Source: the human T2T-CHM13v2.0 reference genome, Homo sapiens. From it: a stretch of 64,000 nucleotides of DNA. The DNA lies in NCBI RefSeq assembly GCF_009914755.1, contig NC_060926.1; one strand, given 5' to 3'. Both the position numbers and the translations under genes were made by a program. Shown here piece by piece: positions 45,476 to 59,985 of the stretch; positions within the stretch are counted from its first letter, which is position 1; each line of letters opens with the position of its first letter. A model generated the notes under the pieces. That model made no database searches. It saw nothing but the letters and a program-made list of their open reading frames with translations, and was not told the DNA's origin.

Positions 45476-46758
45476 ACTGGTTAAAACGGTGATGGGATAG
45501 CTGACACACTAAAGAATAGACTGCAAGGAATATTACGAATTATTAGGAGCAAGAAGCTCCTATCTACCTCTGGCTGAAGGGACATAGAAAAGTGGTGGCT
45601 TACCAGATTGCAGATTCTATAGTTGTGGCAGGGAATGGATACCACAGAGGGAGAAGCTGAAGGTACAGAGCTACCAAAGGGGATTCCACTTCTGGAAACA
45701 CCATCCGAGACAGCATAAAAGAGAAATAATTATGTAAGTGTCTCCAAAAATATAGTTTAATGCCCACGAATATGGCAGAATGTTGTTAGTTGCCTAAGTT
45801 ATATAAGTATGATAATATGAATGCTACCCGTGGCAGAACATAACTTGGCAATATTAACTATCTCCTCGCTTTTTTGTTTTGTTTTGTTTTGCAATAGTGA
45901 TCTTCGTTTTGTTTTAGAGACAACCTTTATTGCCTCAGAGGACATTCATTTGCCAAAACGATGAATACAGTAGAAACTATAGAAAGTAATTACATCAACA
46001 AATTTTCAAAAACTTTTAAAAATTTTGACCAGAGTCAAAATATTGAAAACCTATTATTTGAGAAAAAGTAGGGATTTTGAGTTTCAAAACTTGTCTATAA
46101 CTATCAAGACCCAGAATCCCAAAGATTTTTCATATAAACTTATTTATAAAGAAATTTTAAAGATAATTCCCATGACACATACTTTAACTTAATCTTCTCA
46201 AATACTGCCCTCAACCCACATACACACACACGTGTATATACACATACCTCAACAATATAGGTAAAAATCCCTTGTAGAAAATGGAAGGATCTTCCAGTAA
46301 TGGCACCAGAGTAGACATGGAAAATCTCCTGCAGACAACAATGAGAAAACATTGCTGAAATATGAACAATTGACTAAAAATGTTAGAAGTAGGAAAAAAA
46401 TGTGGAGGAATGGTTACTTGAAAAACTGCAACTGTAATGAATAAGAATAATAAAGTTGTATACGTCTTGCCTGAGGGTATTCCACAATCCCTGTGACTAT
46501 GGTTGTGAAAAACCACACCATTATGAGCTTGGGGTAGCAGAGGATAGGTTCCAGCCTGGGGAAAAAAAATTATAAATTTAATAGAAAGTCTTAGAAATAA
46601 CATGATCACAGAAGTTGTGAAGTTCAAAATGAGGGTATAAGCTCTACTCAAATCCCCGTCTGGCTGTAAAAATATGCAAGCATAGAAAAACCCCAGGAGA
46701 CCAAATGGAAAAGCAGGAAGAGACAATGGAGATATCTGTGTTTAAAGTACAGATTTTT

Positions 46759-47058
46759 GGCCAGGCGCAGTGGCTCACGCCTGTAACCCCAGAACTTTGG
46801 GAGGCGGCGGTGGGTGGGGATCACAAGGTCAGGAGATAGAGACCAGCCTGGCTAACATGGTGAAACCCCATCTCTACTAAAAATACAAAAAAATTAGCAG
46901 GGCGTGGTGGCAGGCGCCTGTATTCCCAGCTACTTGGGAGCCTGAGGCAGGAGAATGGCGTGAACCCTGGAGGCGGAGCTTGCCATGAGCCAAGATCTTG
47001 CCACTGCACTGCAGCCTGGGCAACAGAGCAAGACTCCGTCGCAAATAAATAAAATAAA
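46759..47058 (+). mobile_element. AluY
   Basis: GAGAATGGCGTGAACCC, GGCGGAGCTTGC; TSD AAAGTACAGATTTT/AAAATACAGATTTT. Confidence 0.96.
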
Positions 47059-48078
47059 TACAGATTTTCGATTTTACTTCTTTCTTAACTGAGTAACTTC
47101 ATAAATCCATGCACAATAAGTGCAAAGGAGACCGTGTTTACTAGGATAAAATAGACAGCAGCTAGAAACTGTAAGAATTAAGTGTAGAAAATAGTGCTAT
47201 ATTTTGCAGGGAAAACAGACCTTGAAGTCTGAGTATAGGCAAGTTAATTGGTTACCAGAACAATGACGCAACAATCCTCAGATAAATACAAAAGAATCTA
47301 GTGTCACTAAAATGTATGATCTACTATGTCCAGTTTTCAACTAAATACTACCAGACATGTATACAAACAGGAAAATGTAACTTATACTTGGGAAAAAATG
47401 GCAGTCAATAGAAACTGATGCTGAATAAAAGCAAATTTAGTAAGAATTTTTTACCCAAAGTTTTCAAATCAACCATTGTAAATATGTCCAAATAATTAGA
47501 AGAAAAGTGATTTTAATGAGTTAATATATAAGGAATTTCAACAGAAGAAAAATGAAATTAAAATAAATGGAAATTCTACATGCAAAAAGGATAACTATGT
47601 AAAATTAACTAGAAATGCTAACAGATTAGACAAGGCAGAATACAAAACCAGGAAACTTGAAGATAAATCAATAAAAGTAACCTTCCCTAAAAAATAGCAA
47701 AAAAGAAAAAAAGACTGCCAACAACAACAACAACAAAGCCACCACCAACAGCAAGAAGACTCAGGAACACATGGAAAAATATCAAGTGGTCCAATCTAAG
47801 TACACCTGGATTCCTAGAACATTGAAGGTGAGAGGGGGTACATAAAAATATTTTAAAGAAATGATGGCCCCAAATCCCCTAATTTTGTTAAAAAATGACC
47901 TAACAATTCAAAAGCTTAACAGACACCATGTAAGATTAACACATAACACAAAGAAATTTACTTCTAGGCAATGTCAAACTGCTGAAATCTAAAAATAAAG
48001 AAACAATGTTAAAAGAACTAACTAAAAAAAATTACAATTACATATTTGAGAACAATGATGTCATTAGTGGCTGATTTT

Positions 48079-48504
48079 CTATTTTTATTTTATTTATTTA
48101 TTTACTTATTTATTTAACTTGTATTTTAGGTTCAGGGTAAGTGTGCAGGTTTCTTATATAGGTAAACTCATGTCATTGGGGGTAGTTGTACAAATTATTT
48201 TGCCCAGGTACTAAGCCTAGAAACCAATGGTTATTTTTCCTGATCCTTTCCTTCCCCCCAGCATCCACTTCAGGTAGGCCCCAGTGTCTGTTGTTCCCCT
48301 CTTTGTGTCCATGTGTTCTCATCATTTAGTTCACACTCAAAAGTGAGAAAATGAGGTATTTGGTTTTCTGTTCCTGCATTAGTTTGCTGAGGATAATGGC
48401 CTCAAGCTTCATCCATGTTCCTGCAAAGAACATGACCTTATTCTTTTTTATAGCTGCATAGTATTCCATGGTGTATCTGTACCACATTTTATTTATTCAA
48501 TATG
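48079..48504 (-). mobile_element. 5'-truncated L1PA13-16-like 3' end
   Basis: Antisense 3'UTR with (TTTA)n tail; 13-bp TSD AGTGGCTGATTTT at 48066 and 48505. Confidence 0.93.
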
Positions 48505-49029
48505 AGTGGCTGATTTTTCACTGGGAAAAAGTTGAGGCCCAGAGACATACAAATGATATATCCAAAGTGCTAGAAAAAAATGAAAAGAAAACCTTAAAAC
48601 TAAATTTTTAAATCTATATTTAATAAACTATTATTCAGAAATCAGGGCAACATAAATACATTTTATATAAACAAAAAACTAAGATGAAATATCATCAGCA
48701 TATCTGCATTACAAATCATTCTATATAAAAGTTTTTCAGGCTAAAGAGAAATGAGACCAGGTTGCATAAATATTTAGAAGATGACACTTTTTAAAAGGCA
48801 AAATTTTAACAGGCATTTCTTAACATATGTATGGATGTCCAATAACCACATGAAAAGATGTTCAACATATTTTACTTATGAAGGAAATGTAACTGAAATC
48901 CACAATAAGGTACCTATACACATTCTGACAATGACTAGATGGGACTGAGAAGAGCTCACAGAGTCTTTGTACCCCAGCACTGTTAGAAAAGCAGCTTGGA
49001 GTTAATGACCGCCCCACCCCCCACCCACC

Positions 49030-49032
<3 letters not shown>

Positions 49033-49075
<43 letters not shown>
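49033..49075. repeat. (AC)n microsatellite
   Basis: Read directly from the sequence. Confidence 0.97.
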
Positions 49076-49077
<2 letters not shown>

Positions 49078-49406
49078 TACAAAAGGGCTGAAGGAGAGGA
49101 CAAGAGAGATGCTGAGCAATGCTGGCAATTGAGACCACAGTGGAACTGTGGACACTAACCACTTATGAGACTGAGGATAGAGGGCCCTACCTCAAAGAAG
49201 AAATGAGAGAAGCAGACCTCAGTGTGCTCCAGCCAGAGCCTGAGCATCACGGAGGTCCTGAAATGCCCTTCTCCAACAATGAGGTGGCGAAACTTGAATT
49301 TCTTGAGTTCAAATCCTGAAGTGATTAGTTTATCTGTGGAGGACTATATTAATTTGTATGCCATTTTGCAGTGTAGGGGTTAAAGATAGCACTTTATTTT
49401 TGGAAT

Positions 49407-49799
49407 TGTTATGGTTAGGCTTTGTATTCCCAAATTTGTATCCCCACCCAAATTTCATCTTGAATTATAACCACCATAATCCTCACATGTCAAGGGGGAG
49501 ACCAGGTGGAGGTAACTGGATCATGGGAGTGGTTTTTCCCATGCTGTTCTCATGAAGTGAGTCTGTTCTCACAAGATCTGATGGTTTTATATGTACTTGG
49601 CCAAGTTCCTGGTTCAGTCATTCTCTCTCCTGCCACTTTGTGAAGAAGGTGCCTGCCTCCCCTTCACCTTCCGTCATGATTGTAAGCTATCTGATGCCTC
49701 CCCAGCCTTAAGAAAATGTGAGTCAATTAAACCTCTTGCCTTTATAAATTACCTGGTCTTGGGAAGTTCTTTATGGCAATGTGAGAATGGACTAATACA
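49407..49799 (+). mobile_element. THE1D MaLR solo LTR
   Basis: TGTTATGGTTAGGCTTTGT...GAGACCAGGTGGAGGTAA...GAATGGACTAATACA. Confidence 0.92.
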
Positions 49800-50145
49800 G
49801 AATAGAAAAATAAAGTAACATTTTTGTATATATAAGATCTGTGACTTGAAGTTAATAGTTTGTACCCCATATTTGTAGAAAGTTAGCCAAGAAATTCAGG
49901 AAAGATATTAAAAAATCACATACCTTCAATAGATGAATGAATTATATGACACCAAGTTAATGCACATAAACTATGTTAGGTTAGTTTTTACAAATAATAA
50001 GTCAAACAGATTTGACTAAATGACAATGCAACCTACATGTGGTCAGAATAATGATACATGACTAATGCTATATTGATTTTATAAATCAAGGCACTGCAGA
50101 CACAAAAGTAGTTAGGAAAAATGATAAGCTTAAGGAAGGTGGTAA

Positions 50146-50440
<295 letters not shown>

Positions 50441-51310
50441 GAAGGTTGTAAGTATTTTATTACACATAAAATAGAAGAAGGTTTTACCATCAAGAAAGGA
50501 TAAATGTATTATTTTATTCATACAAAAATGTGAATATACCTTCTCTATACCTAGGACTGAAAGACGTAAGCAAATGAATATAACTGTGTTCTTACTAAAG
50601 CAAAAGTTGTAAGGTGAGTAAAAATGGAATGAGGAATAGCTCATCCAGAACTAGAGAATTAATGACATTCCAGTTTGCTGAAATAAAGCGTTGTGATTTT
50701 TTTCCCCAACTAGGCAAGGATAACACTGATGAAGCCTAATCCATTCTTGCTCTTCTTACCTGTCTTCTAATAGTTTTGAAGGCTAATTATGATTTTCCTT
50801 TCAGCCACTTCAAAAACAGTATTTTCAGAAAAATCCTCATTCAGGTTATGCTTTCATGTAGCCACCAGGCATTAATTATCACACAGAAGACTAATTTGGA
50901 AACTGGCTGCATAGAGGCAAAAGAGAAGAAATTCACTCAGTTGAATAAAGATTTTCAGGGGAAGCTTGAGAGTAATGGCACTGTGAAACACTTTCCTGAG
51001 AAAGAGTTCCCTGTCAAATAAAAAGAAAATTAGTTTTTCTGCTGTGTTCTCTAGCTATTTTCTTGAAGTGCCCCGACACAAGTGATATAGGCCCCAAGCT
51101 GCTTTTAAAACCTGTGTTAAGTTGGCAGGGAAATATAAAAGAAGGGCGCCCTTAATATCGGCTTTTAATTCCTGAGAACAACATTTACCTGCTTTCACAG
51201 AAAAGAAAGTCTTTTTACAGCATATGTTTATGCAATGACCAGATTATAAACACAATTAATTAAATCATCAGATTTTACCCTTGATCCATTTGAAGTGCAA
51301 AATAAAATGG

Positions 51311-51868
51311 TGTAGTCCACAGCTTCTAAGATGGTCCCAAAGATTCCACCTCCTGACATTCAAAGTGTTGTATAATTTTTTCCTCTTGTGAGCCTTGCTT
51401 CTAAATAATAGAATCCCATATCATTGAGGAGACATACCTTCCATGATTAAATTACAAAAGATTCTGACTTCCATCTCACTAGTAGACTCTCCCCCTTGTT
51501 AGTTTTGATGAAGCAAGTTGGCACTTTTAAGAGGCTCAAGTGGCAAGATATTGAGAGTGGCTTCTGGCCAAGACCCAGCTAGGAGTTGAGACCCTCTGGC
51601 CAATGCCCTAAAAACAACCACATCTTGCCAGCAATCATAAAAGTGAGTTTGGAAGTGGAGACTGGCCCAATTGAGTTTTCAGATGAGACTCTAGCCCTGG
51701 CAATCACCTTGATTGCAGTCCTGTGAGAGACCTGGGAGCAGGGAATCCAGCTAAACTATCCCAAGGTTCCTGATCACAGAAACAGTGAGATAGTTGGGGT
51801 GTGTTGTTTTGAAGCCATTAAGTTGCTGATCATTTATTACACAGCAATAACAATAGATGGCTAATACA
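51311..51868 (+). mobile_element. MLT1F-like MaLR solo LTR
   Basis: TGTAGTCC...CTAAGATGGTCCC...ATAGATGGCTAATACA; perfect 5-bp TSD AATGG. Confidence 0.88.
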
Positions 51869-52321
51869 AATGGCAAGAGTGGCAACCAATTTTTTAAAAG
51901 CAAAATTATTTACTTCTATTTATTTTTACTGCAGTGTGTGTTAGGGAAATCAATATATTTATACAAAAATCCAGAACCTACAGTATTAACATTCCCTGGT
52001 AAATAATCTTACATTACATTTGAATCAGAATAGTTCACTCCACTTTAATTACTTTTCTTTGGGGACCTCAAAGGGCTTGTTTGCGTGTGTATTTTTCAAA
52101 TTTGAACTGGCCAGTGTGACACCATCCAGAAAGAAAGAATAAAGGTTTGAATAGCATATTTTTCTTTATAAAGGAACCAAATATGATAGGCTGACTCACT
52201 GAAAAAATAATTGTAGGTAATTCTCTCATAGCGTCATGGGTTGCCTAAAGTTGGAAAACCCATTAAAAATAAGGTGATATAGTACCAGATGAGGAACCCA
52301 AGTTCCCAGATAACCTATATT

Positions 52322-52471
52322 GTGTGGCCCGCAAGCTATGAATGGTTTTTACATTTTAAAAAACATTATAAACAAACACATAAGAAGAATATATAACAGA
52401 GTCATACATGACTCATAAAACTTTAAATACATACTATCTGGATTTTTATAAGAAACAGGTGCTGACTCCTG
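52322..52471 (-). mobile_element. MER58-like hAT-Charlie fragment
   Basis: TGGCCCGCAAGCTATGAATGGTTTTTACATTTT...TACTATCTGG...TGCTGACTCCTG. Confidence 0.75.
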
Positions 52472-52489
52472 TTCTATGTCATAATATAG

Positions 52490-52860
52490 ATTTTGGTTAC
52501 ACAGGTGGAAACATTTTCAAAACTCAGAAAATATACACTTAATAGTTTAGCATTTCATTTTGTGCATATTTTACATCAAATAAAAAAACGTCAAAAATAG
52601 AACTTCAGTTAATAATAATAAAGCTGCTGAAATAAATACTTGGGGAATTACACAGATATCTGCAAGTTACTCCAAAGTGCTTCAAAAAATAAGATATATT
52701 TATAGACTGATAAAGGAACGAATGAATGTATGGATATGTGATAATGCAATTACACTAAAATGTTAGTAGAATCTAAGTGGTCAGCATATTTATTTTCACT
52801 GTGAAGTTCTTTCCATTTTTAGTGCAGGTGCCTGAACAATCGCATAATAAAATGTTAGGA
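52490..52860 (+). mobile_element. Old L1M 3'UTR fragment
   Basis: AAAACTCAGAAAATATACACTTAA, TAAAATGTTAGTAGAATCTAAGTGG, CATAATAAAATGTT. Confidence 0.55.
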
Positions 52861-53107
52861 ACAAATACCATTCTACATGGTGCTAATTGCCAGGAAGTCT
52901 ATTTAGTGAGTATGAATTGTATAATCACAACAAGCCCCAAAACCCTAGGTGGGTGAAGTTGTAATTGTGTGTCTTTAACTCAATTTAGGTTTTTGGCTGT
53001 AGGCCCCAGCCTAGGCAGACAACTTAATCAAGTCAACTCCAGATTTGTCTTCAATCCAATCCAGTGATTCCTCAGTCAATTCAAACCTACAATTTAGACA
53101 TATGACT

Positions 53108-53170
53108 GAAGAAAGGAAGGAAGGGAAAGAGGAAAGGAGAAGGAAAAAGTAAAGAAAGAAAAGAAAAGAA
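53108..53170. repeat. GA-rich low-complexity tract
   Basis: Read directly from the sequence. Confidence 0.9.
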
Positions 53171-53816
53171 ATATCCCATTCATTCCCTCCTCCCTGGGGT
53201 GGTCCCTAGACTTCTGGTAATTGATGTGGCCCCTGTCTCATCAAGGCTATGGAGAAAGAAAGTCTGCCTTTTTATTTGGCTTCTCTGCAGGTCTCCTTGC
53301 CTAAGCCCTGCTCCAGTCTTGGTAGTAAGCACAGACAACAGACCTTCTCTTTCTAGCAGGGCTTGACAGGCTTCTGAACCCCCACCAGCCCCACTTTGTT
53401 TTCCTGGTGTCACTTATATATCAAGTTGCAATGGATTTTTCTCTTATCCCCTGACAGGCAGTTCATAGAACATCCTTTTGGTGCATTTTCTCTTGTTCCT
53501 TCCTGCTGACCTCCTGAGGAGGTATGTGCCCCCTCTCAGCCGACTTCAGGACCCTGCTGGGGCCCCATGGTAATTTACAGATCTTCTTTTATTCCAAAAA
53601 ATTGCCAGGTGAAGTTCTGGAGCTCTGGTGGCTACTTACTCTGTACCTTAGTGGCGTGGGGTGTTGCATTTGTGAGCCTGCTGCCTTCAAAGTAGATTAT
53701 AAGTCCTGTGCACTTCTACATTTTCCAAAATACCAAGGAGTGTTCTATTTTGCTGCTCATCTCTCTCATCTCAAGATGATGGCATTGGGGAAGATACATG
53801 GCCCACACAGGGCTTC

Positions 53817-54227
53817 TTTTACAGTTTGAATGTTTTCGTTCCTGCCAAAATTCATGTTAAAACTGAATCTTCGATGCAACAGTATTGGGAAGTGTTGTCC
53901 CTGGGAGACGAGTTAGCAATGAGGGGATAATCCCACATGAATGGGATTAGTTGTTACTATAAAAGGACTAAATGAAGGGAATTTGCCACTTTTCTCCTGC
54001 TCTGTCCCTTCCAGTGTATGAGGACACAGCATTCCACCCCTCTGGAGGATTCAGCAACAAGGTGCCATTTTGGAAACAGAGAACAGCCTTTATCAGATCA
54101 TCAAACCTGCTGAGACCTTGATCTTGAACTTCTCAGCCTTCAGAAGAGAGAGATAATAAACTTCCATTATTTATAAATTTGCTCAGTCTCAGGTACTTTG
54201 CTATAAATACACTAATAGACTAAGACA
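53817..54227 (+). mobile_element. MSTD-like MaLR solo LTR
   Basis: CAGTTTGAATGT...AAAATTCATGTT...CCCCTCTGGAGGAT...CCTTGATCTTGAACTTC...GACTAAGACA. Confidence 0.87.
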
Positions 54228-55069
54228 GTTCCAACTCTATTCTTCTCCTCAAAATGTGTTCTTTTCCAACCCAGTTTGGTGGTCATAGTGTTCTTTGGGG
54301 GGAGAGTCTAGGAGATACCTGTTCTACCTGTTTGTGTTGTCTTTCAAGTCTGTTTTGATCTACACTAGGCCCTAATTTGAACTTAGACACTAAGTATAAA
54401 TGTGGGTATTTTTTCTTGGTTCTTTACTCTACTAGTGCCTTCTCATCTGATTGTCAAATCTGAGATAGTTGGCTGCACAAGAGGGTTAACAGTAGATGAA
54501 ATAATCTTTTCATGTATTATCTTACCATGTATTACTACTTTATACATACTATCTATCACATTTACAATATGGAAGGAGCAACAAAAAATAAGGCATATAA
54601 ATCATTGTAAATTATGCATATTACTGATTATATATGTTTATTTTATATACCATATTTTGTTTCAAGAAAGAATGTAAGAAGTAACTAGACAGTGTAAATG
54701 TGTTGCATGAGAAGCATGAATAAGAACTATGAGAAGATAAGAAGGGGGAGAATTCATGCTAAGATGAGGGAAGGCAAGACTGGGGTTAGGGGAGGTGGTA
54801 CAGGAGGAGAAGTTTCCATGTAGTTCCTCCACTACATGAGTTACTAAACTGGCAAGAACTCTCTTCATAAATCCCAAAGTCCAGACTCTTCATACCAACT
54901 ACATTGAGACTCCTGAGTACCAGTGATAGCAATCGTAGAATCTTGAATATATAGTTGCTCCCCTCATCTTGGGCTTCAGTACTCAATAAAACTTCACCAA
55001 AATCTTTAAATTTGAAAGTGCTCTCTCTCCTAAACCTGAGCACATGGTCAAGAATTATTTCTGCATTAC

Positions 55070-55162
55070 AGAAGAAGAAGGTAGAAGAGAAAGAGGAGGA
55101 GAAGGAGGAAGAAAAGGGGAAGAAGAAAGGGAAAAAGGAGGAGGAAGAGAGGAGAGGGAGGA
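55070..55162. repeat. Polypurine (GAA/GGA-rich) tract
   Basis: Read directly from the sequence. Confidence 0.9.
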
Positions 55163-55344
55163 TAAACTACTTACAGATTGATATTACCTAATCTTTCCAA
55201 CATCAAGCAAGCCCGCTACATTTATAACTGTCCCCTCAATCCCAATAAAATAGGAGTTAACACTTATGTACAAATCTAGAAATTCTCCTGTAATCTGAAT
55301 CATAACTCACTGCCACATTTAAACATCTCATGCTACTCTCCATC

Positions 55345-56870
55345 CCCTCTTCTTGGTATTTATCTTGCTTGGTATTAGCTATAATTCCTGGATTTTGCTT
55401 TTCATTCTGCCATTGATTTTGAAAAATTCTTGGCCATTACTCTTTAAATATTATTCTTTTCTATACTTTTTTTTATCTTTTTCTGATATCCAACTATATA
55501 CTTGTTACATCTTTGAAAAATGTCTCACAGTTCTTGAATGTTTTGTGCCATGTTTATTCATTCTGTCTTCTCTTTGAATCTTTGTATGGGGTAGTCCTGC
55601 TGACCTATCTTTAAGCTCACTGATTATTTCCTCAGCTGTGTCTAGTTTACCAATAAGATTATCAAAGGCAATCTTCATTTATGCCATAGAAGTTCTTAAT
55701 TCTAGCATTTTCTTTCAATTATTTCTCAGAGTTTCCACCTCTCTGCTTTCAATATCCATCTGCTCTTGATGTAGTCTACATTTTCTATTAGAGCCCATAA
55801 TATATTATTCATAGTTATTCTAAATTCCCTGCATGGCAATTTCACAATTTTTCCATATTTGTATCTTGTTCTCATGCATGCTTTGTCTCATCTCATCAGA
55901 CTGTGCTTTTCTTGCCTTTTAATAGGCCATCTAATTTTCTATTGAACATCATGGATTAGAATTGAGATAAACAGGCCTTTACTGTAAGGATTTATGTTAT
56001 TTGACTAGAAATTGGACTACGTTTAATGTTTTCTGTAGCTGCAGGAGCCAGAGGCTTTATATTACATATTACATATTACTTTGGTGTCTTTGTTTTCATC
56101 TCCCATGTTGTTTCAGGATTCCCTGAGAACTCCTTCTTAGCTAGAGTTTGCATCCTGCAGCTCCTTCATCTGTTACACTGGAGACGTGTTAGGTAATGAC
56201 AACCAATGGGGAAAGGTAAGAATTCAGTAATATTATAATTACCTTTCAGTTTTTGGTGGGCCTTTGACCTTCACAAGTCTGTTTTATTTTGTTTTGTTTT
56301 GTTGTTTTGAGTTTTCTCCCTTAGGGGAGGTAGGAAGGCAAGAGAGAGAGAGAGTCTGAGAACTGTCCTTCCTAGTGGGATTCTGCTATGGTAACGTCAT
56401 TTTTCCTGGAGTAGGCGTTTGTTATGGAGAAGACCATGGGAACATTTCATGGTGGTTACTCTTCCCATTTCCTGCCAGAGACAGGAGGAGATCTTCCTTG
56501 ACTTTTCAACATGAAAATCTGGTAGGGTTCCTGAAGTTAAAATTCACATTAGTGTGGGAACTCCCCTAAGACTATGGTCCTTATAAGTTTCTCACTCTCA
56601 AAGTACTCCACATTAAGCCTCCAGAATTTTTCAAAATGATCACTGAACTGTTCTTACTAGTTTATGGCTTCAGCAGCTCCTGCTCCAGGTGAAATGTCTG
56701 CTGTGACTGTGTATTCACTCATCTCCCCAGATGTGGTGGTGGTGGTCTGTCCTACAACCTAAATTATCCCTGCATCCAAGAACAGTCATTGCTTTCAAAT
56801 TTGTTCAGTTTTTTCTTGTTGTAAGGCTGAAAGCAACAACTTCTAACCACTTTACATGTTGAAGCTGACA
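55345..56870 (-). mobile_element. L1MD/MC-type 5'UTR and ORF1 N-terminal region
   Basis: Family-level homology with 28620-31445 (CTAGTTTATGGCTT, AGCCTCCAG, TTAGAGCCC motifs). Confidence 0.75.
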
Positions 56871-57418
56871 AAAAAGTAGATTTTCTCTTAAATTTCAATC
56901 AAAACTTCAGCAAGTTGTTTTCCACATATTGACAAACTGATGCTAAATTTTCTATGCTGAGGCAAAAGATTCAGAATAGCCAACACAAACTTAAAGGAGA
57001 AGAACAAAGTCAAAAGTCTGACACTACCCAATTTCAAGACTTATTATAAAGCTATAGTAATTCAGGCAGTGTAGTATTACAGAAGGAATAAACAAATAGT
57101 TCAATGGAAGGGAATAGAAAGTCTAGAAATAGACAGACATAAATAGTAACAATTGATCTTTGACAAAAGATCATGGGCAATACAATGGAGAAAATATAAT
57201 CTCTTCAATAAGTGGTGCTGGAACAACTGAAGTTTCACATGCAAATATATTTTTCTAGACACAGACCTCACATCTTTTACAAAAATTAGCTCGAATTAGA
57301 TCATTGACTCAAATGTAAACTGCAAATCTACAAAACTCTTAGAAGATAATATAGGAGAAAATCTGGATAATCTTGGGTATGGTGATGTCTTTCTATACAC
57401 ATCACCAAAGGATCCATG

Positions 57419-58502
<1,084 letters not shown>

Positions 58503-58972
58503 TTTGGAAGAATTAACTGATAAGCTAAACTTCATTAACATTAAAAATTTCTGCTCTTGAAAAGATACTGCCAAGAAAATGAGGAAAGAAGACAGTCTAC
58601 TGAAAAAAAATTGCAAAACACATATCTGATAAAGGACTATTTTCCAAAATATACAAAGACCTCTTTAACTCAATGATAAGAAAGAGAACAATCTAACTTA
58701 AACACTGGCAAAGGACCTTAACAGACACCTCACCGAAGATCTACACATGGCAAATAAGCATATGAAAAGATACTTAACATCATAGGTCATTAGGAAATTG
58801 CAAATAAAAACAACAGCGAACTACCATTACATACCTATTTGAATGGCCAAAATCCAAAGTACTGACAACACCACATGCTTGCAAAGGATGTGGAGCAAAA
58901 AGAACTCTCATTCATTGATGATGGTAATGCAAAATGGTATAGCTACTTTGGAATAAAACTTGGCAGTTTCTT

Positions 58973-59985
58973 TCTTTCTTTCTTTCTTTTTTTAATTAAT
59001 TAATTATTTTTTGAGGCAGGGTCTCACTTTGTAACCCAGGCTAGACCTCAACCTCCCAGGCCCAAGCCACCCTCCAACCTCAGCCTCCCAAACAGCTGGG
59101 ACTACAGGCGCATGCCAGCACACCCAGCTAATTTTATTTTCTATTTTATTTTATTTTAGTAGACATGGGGTCTCACTTTGTTGCCCAGGCTGATCTTGAA
59201 CTCCTGAGTTCAAGCGATCTCAGCTTCCCAAAGCGATGTTAGAGTAGGCAGTTACACAGATATAAGCAGGGCAGGAGAGGACGCCTGCCAGGAATGTCAG
59301 GCAACCATCAGGTGATGGTGAGGCAGTTGCTACACTGTCGCTCTCAAATGATAATTGGTTGCAGCTGGTGCCAGGGGACAGCCAGTCTCCCAATAGACAG
59401 AAAACACCTGGAGCTGGTGATCAGACGTTTCCTGATAAGATCTCAGGAGTTGGGCAAGTGGGCTCAAGTATGCAAACTAAGAGGCAATAATAGTGGATTA
59501 TGACCTTCCTCTGGGGGCGTTCAATGGGTAAAGGAAAATCACCCCTAGAAAGCATGAGCACAACCTTAGTAAATGCACTATGCATTCGGTCACTCTCCCA
59601 AGTGCAGACCCACACTACACATGCAGCAGTTGAGCAACAGCCCTCCCCATAGAAAAATCAAGGGAAGAGAAACACAAACCCTGAAACTAAGCCAATATAG
59701 AAAACCCCAAGTCAAAGGCTGAATGGGGCTCTTGGACCTCTCAAGTCACACTCTTGGGCCTCTTCCAGATGTATTTTGCTTGCTTTTGCTCCTGCTCTAA
59801 AACTTATAAAGAAACTCTTACTGCTGATCTAAAACTTGCCTTGGTCTTTCTCTCTGCCGTAAACCTACTTCTGCCCTAGGCCAAATTCTTTCCTCTGAGG
59901 AGGCAAGGATCAAATTTGCTGCAGACTGGTATGGATTCATCATTGGTAATATTGAGATTACAAATGTGAAGTCTCCATACCTTGC
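58973..59985 (-). mobile_element. AluJ, partly deleted and split by MER50
   Basis: Alu breaks at CCCAAAGCGA and resumes TTGAGATTACA; TSD TGGCAGTTTCTT on both sides. Confidence 0.88.
59237..59951 (+). mobile_element. MER50 ERV1 solo LTR
   Basis: TGTTAGAGTAGGCAG...GCAGGGCAGGAGAGG...CCAGGAATGTCAGGCAACCATCAGGTGATGG. Confidence 0.9.

Larger units (their letters stand above)
46280..48960 (+). mobile_element. Old L1M 5'/ORF1 region plus a short ORF2 piece
   Basis: CTTCCAGTAATGGC start, ATGTCCAGTTTTCAAC, AAATGGAAATTCTA, GTCAAACTGCTGAAA, CATGAAAAGATGTTCAACAT. Confidence 0.65.

Noticed and set aside
46211-46726. 171-aa hydrophobic ORF, the longest in the window
   Set aside because: Antisense of an A-rich old L1 5' region; hydrophobicity follows from T-richness and there is no recognisable domain
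54955-55191. ORF with a K/E-rich segment
   Set aside because: Translation of a polypurine low-complexity tract
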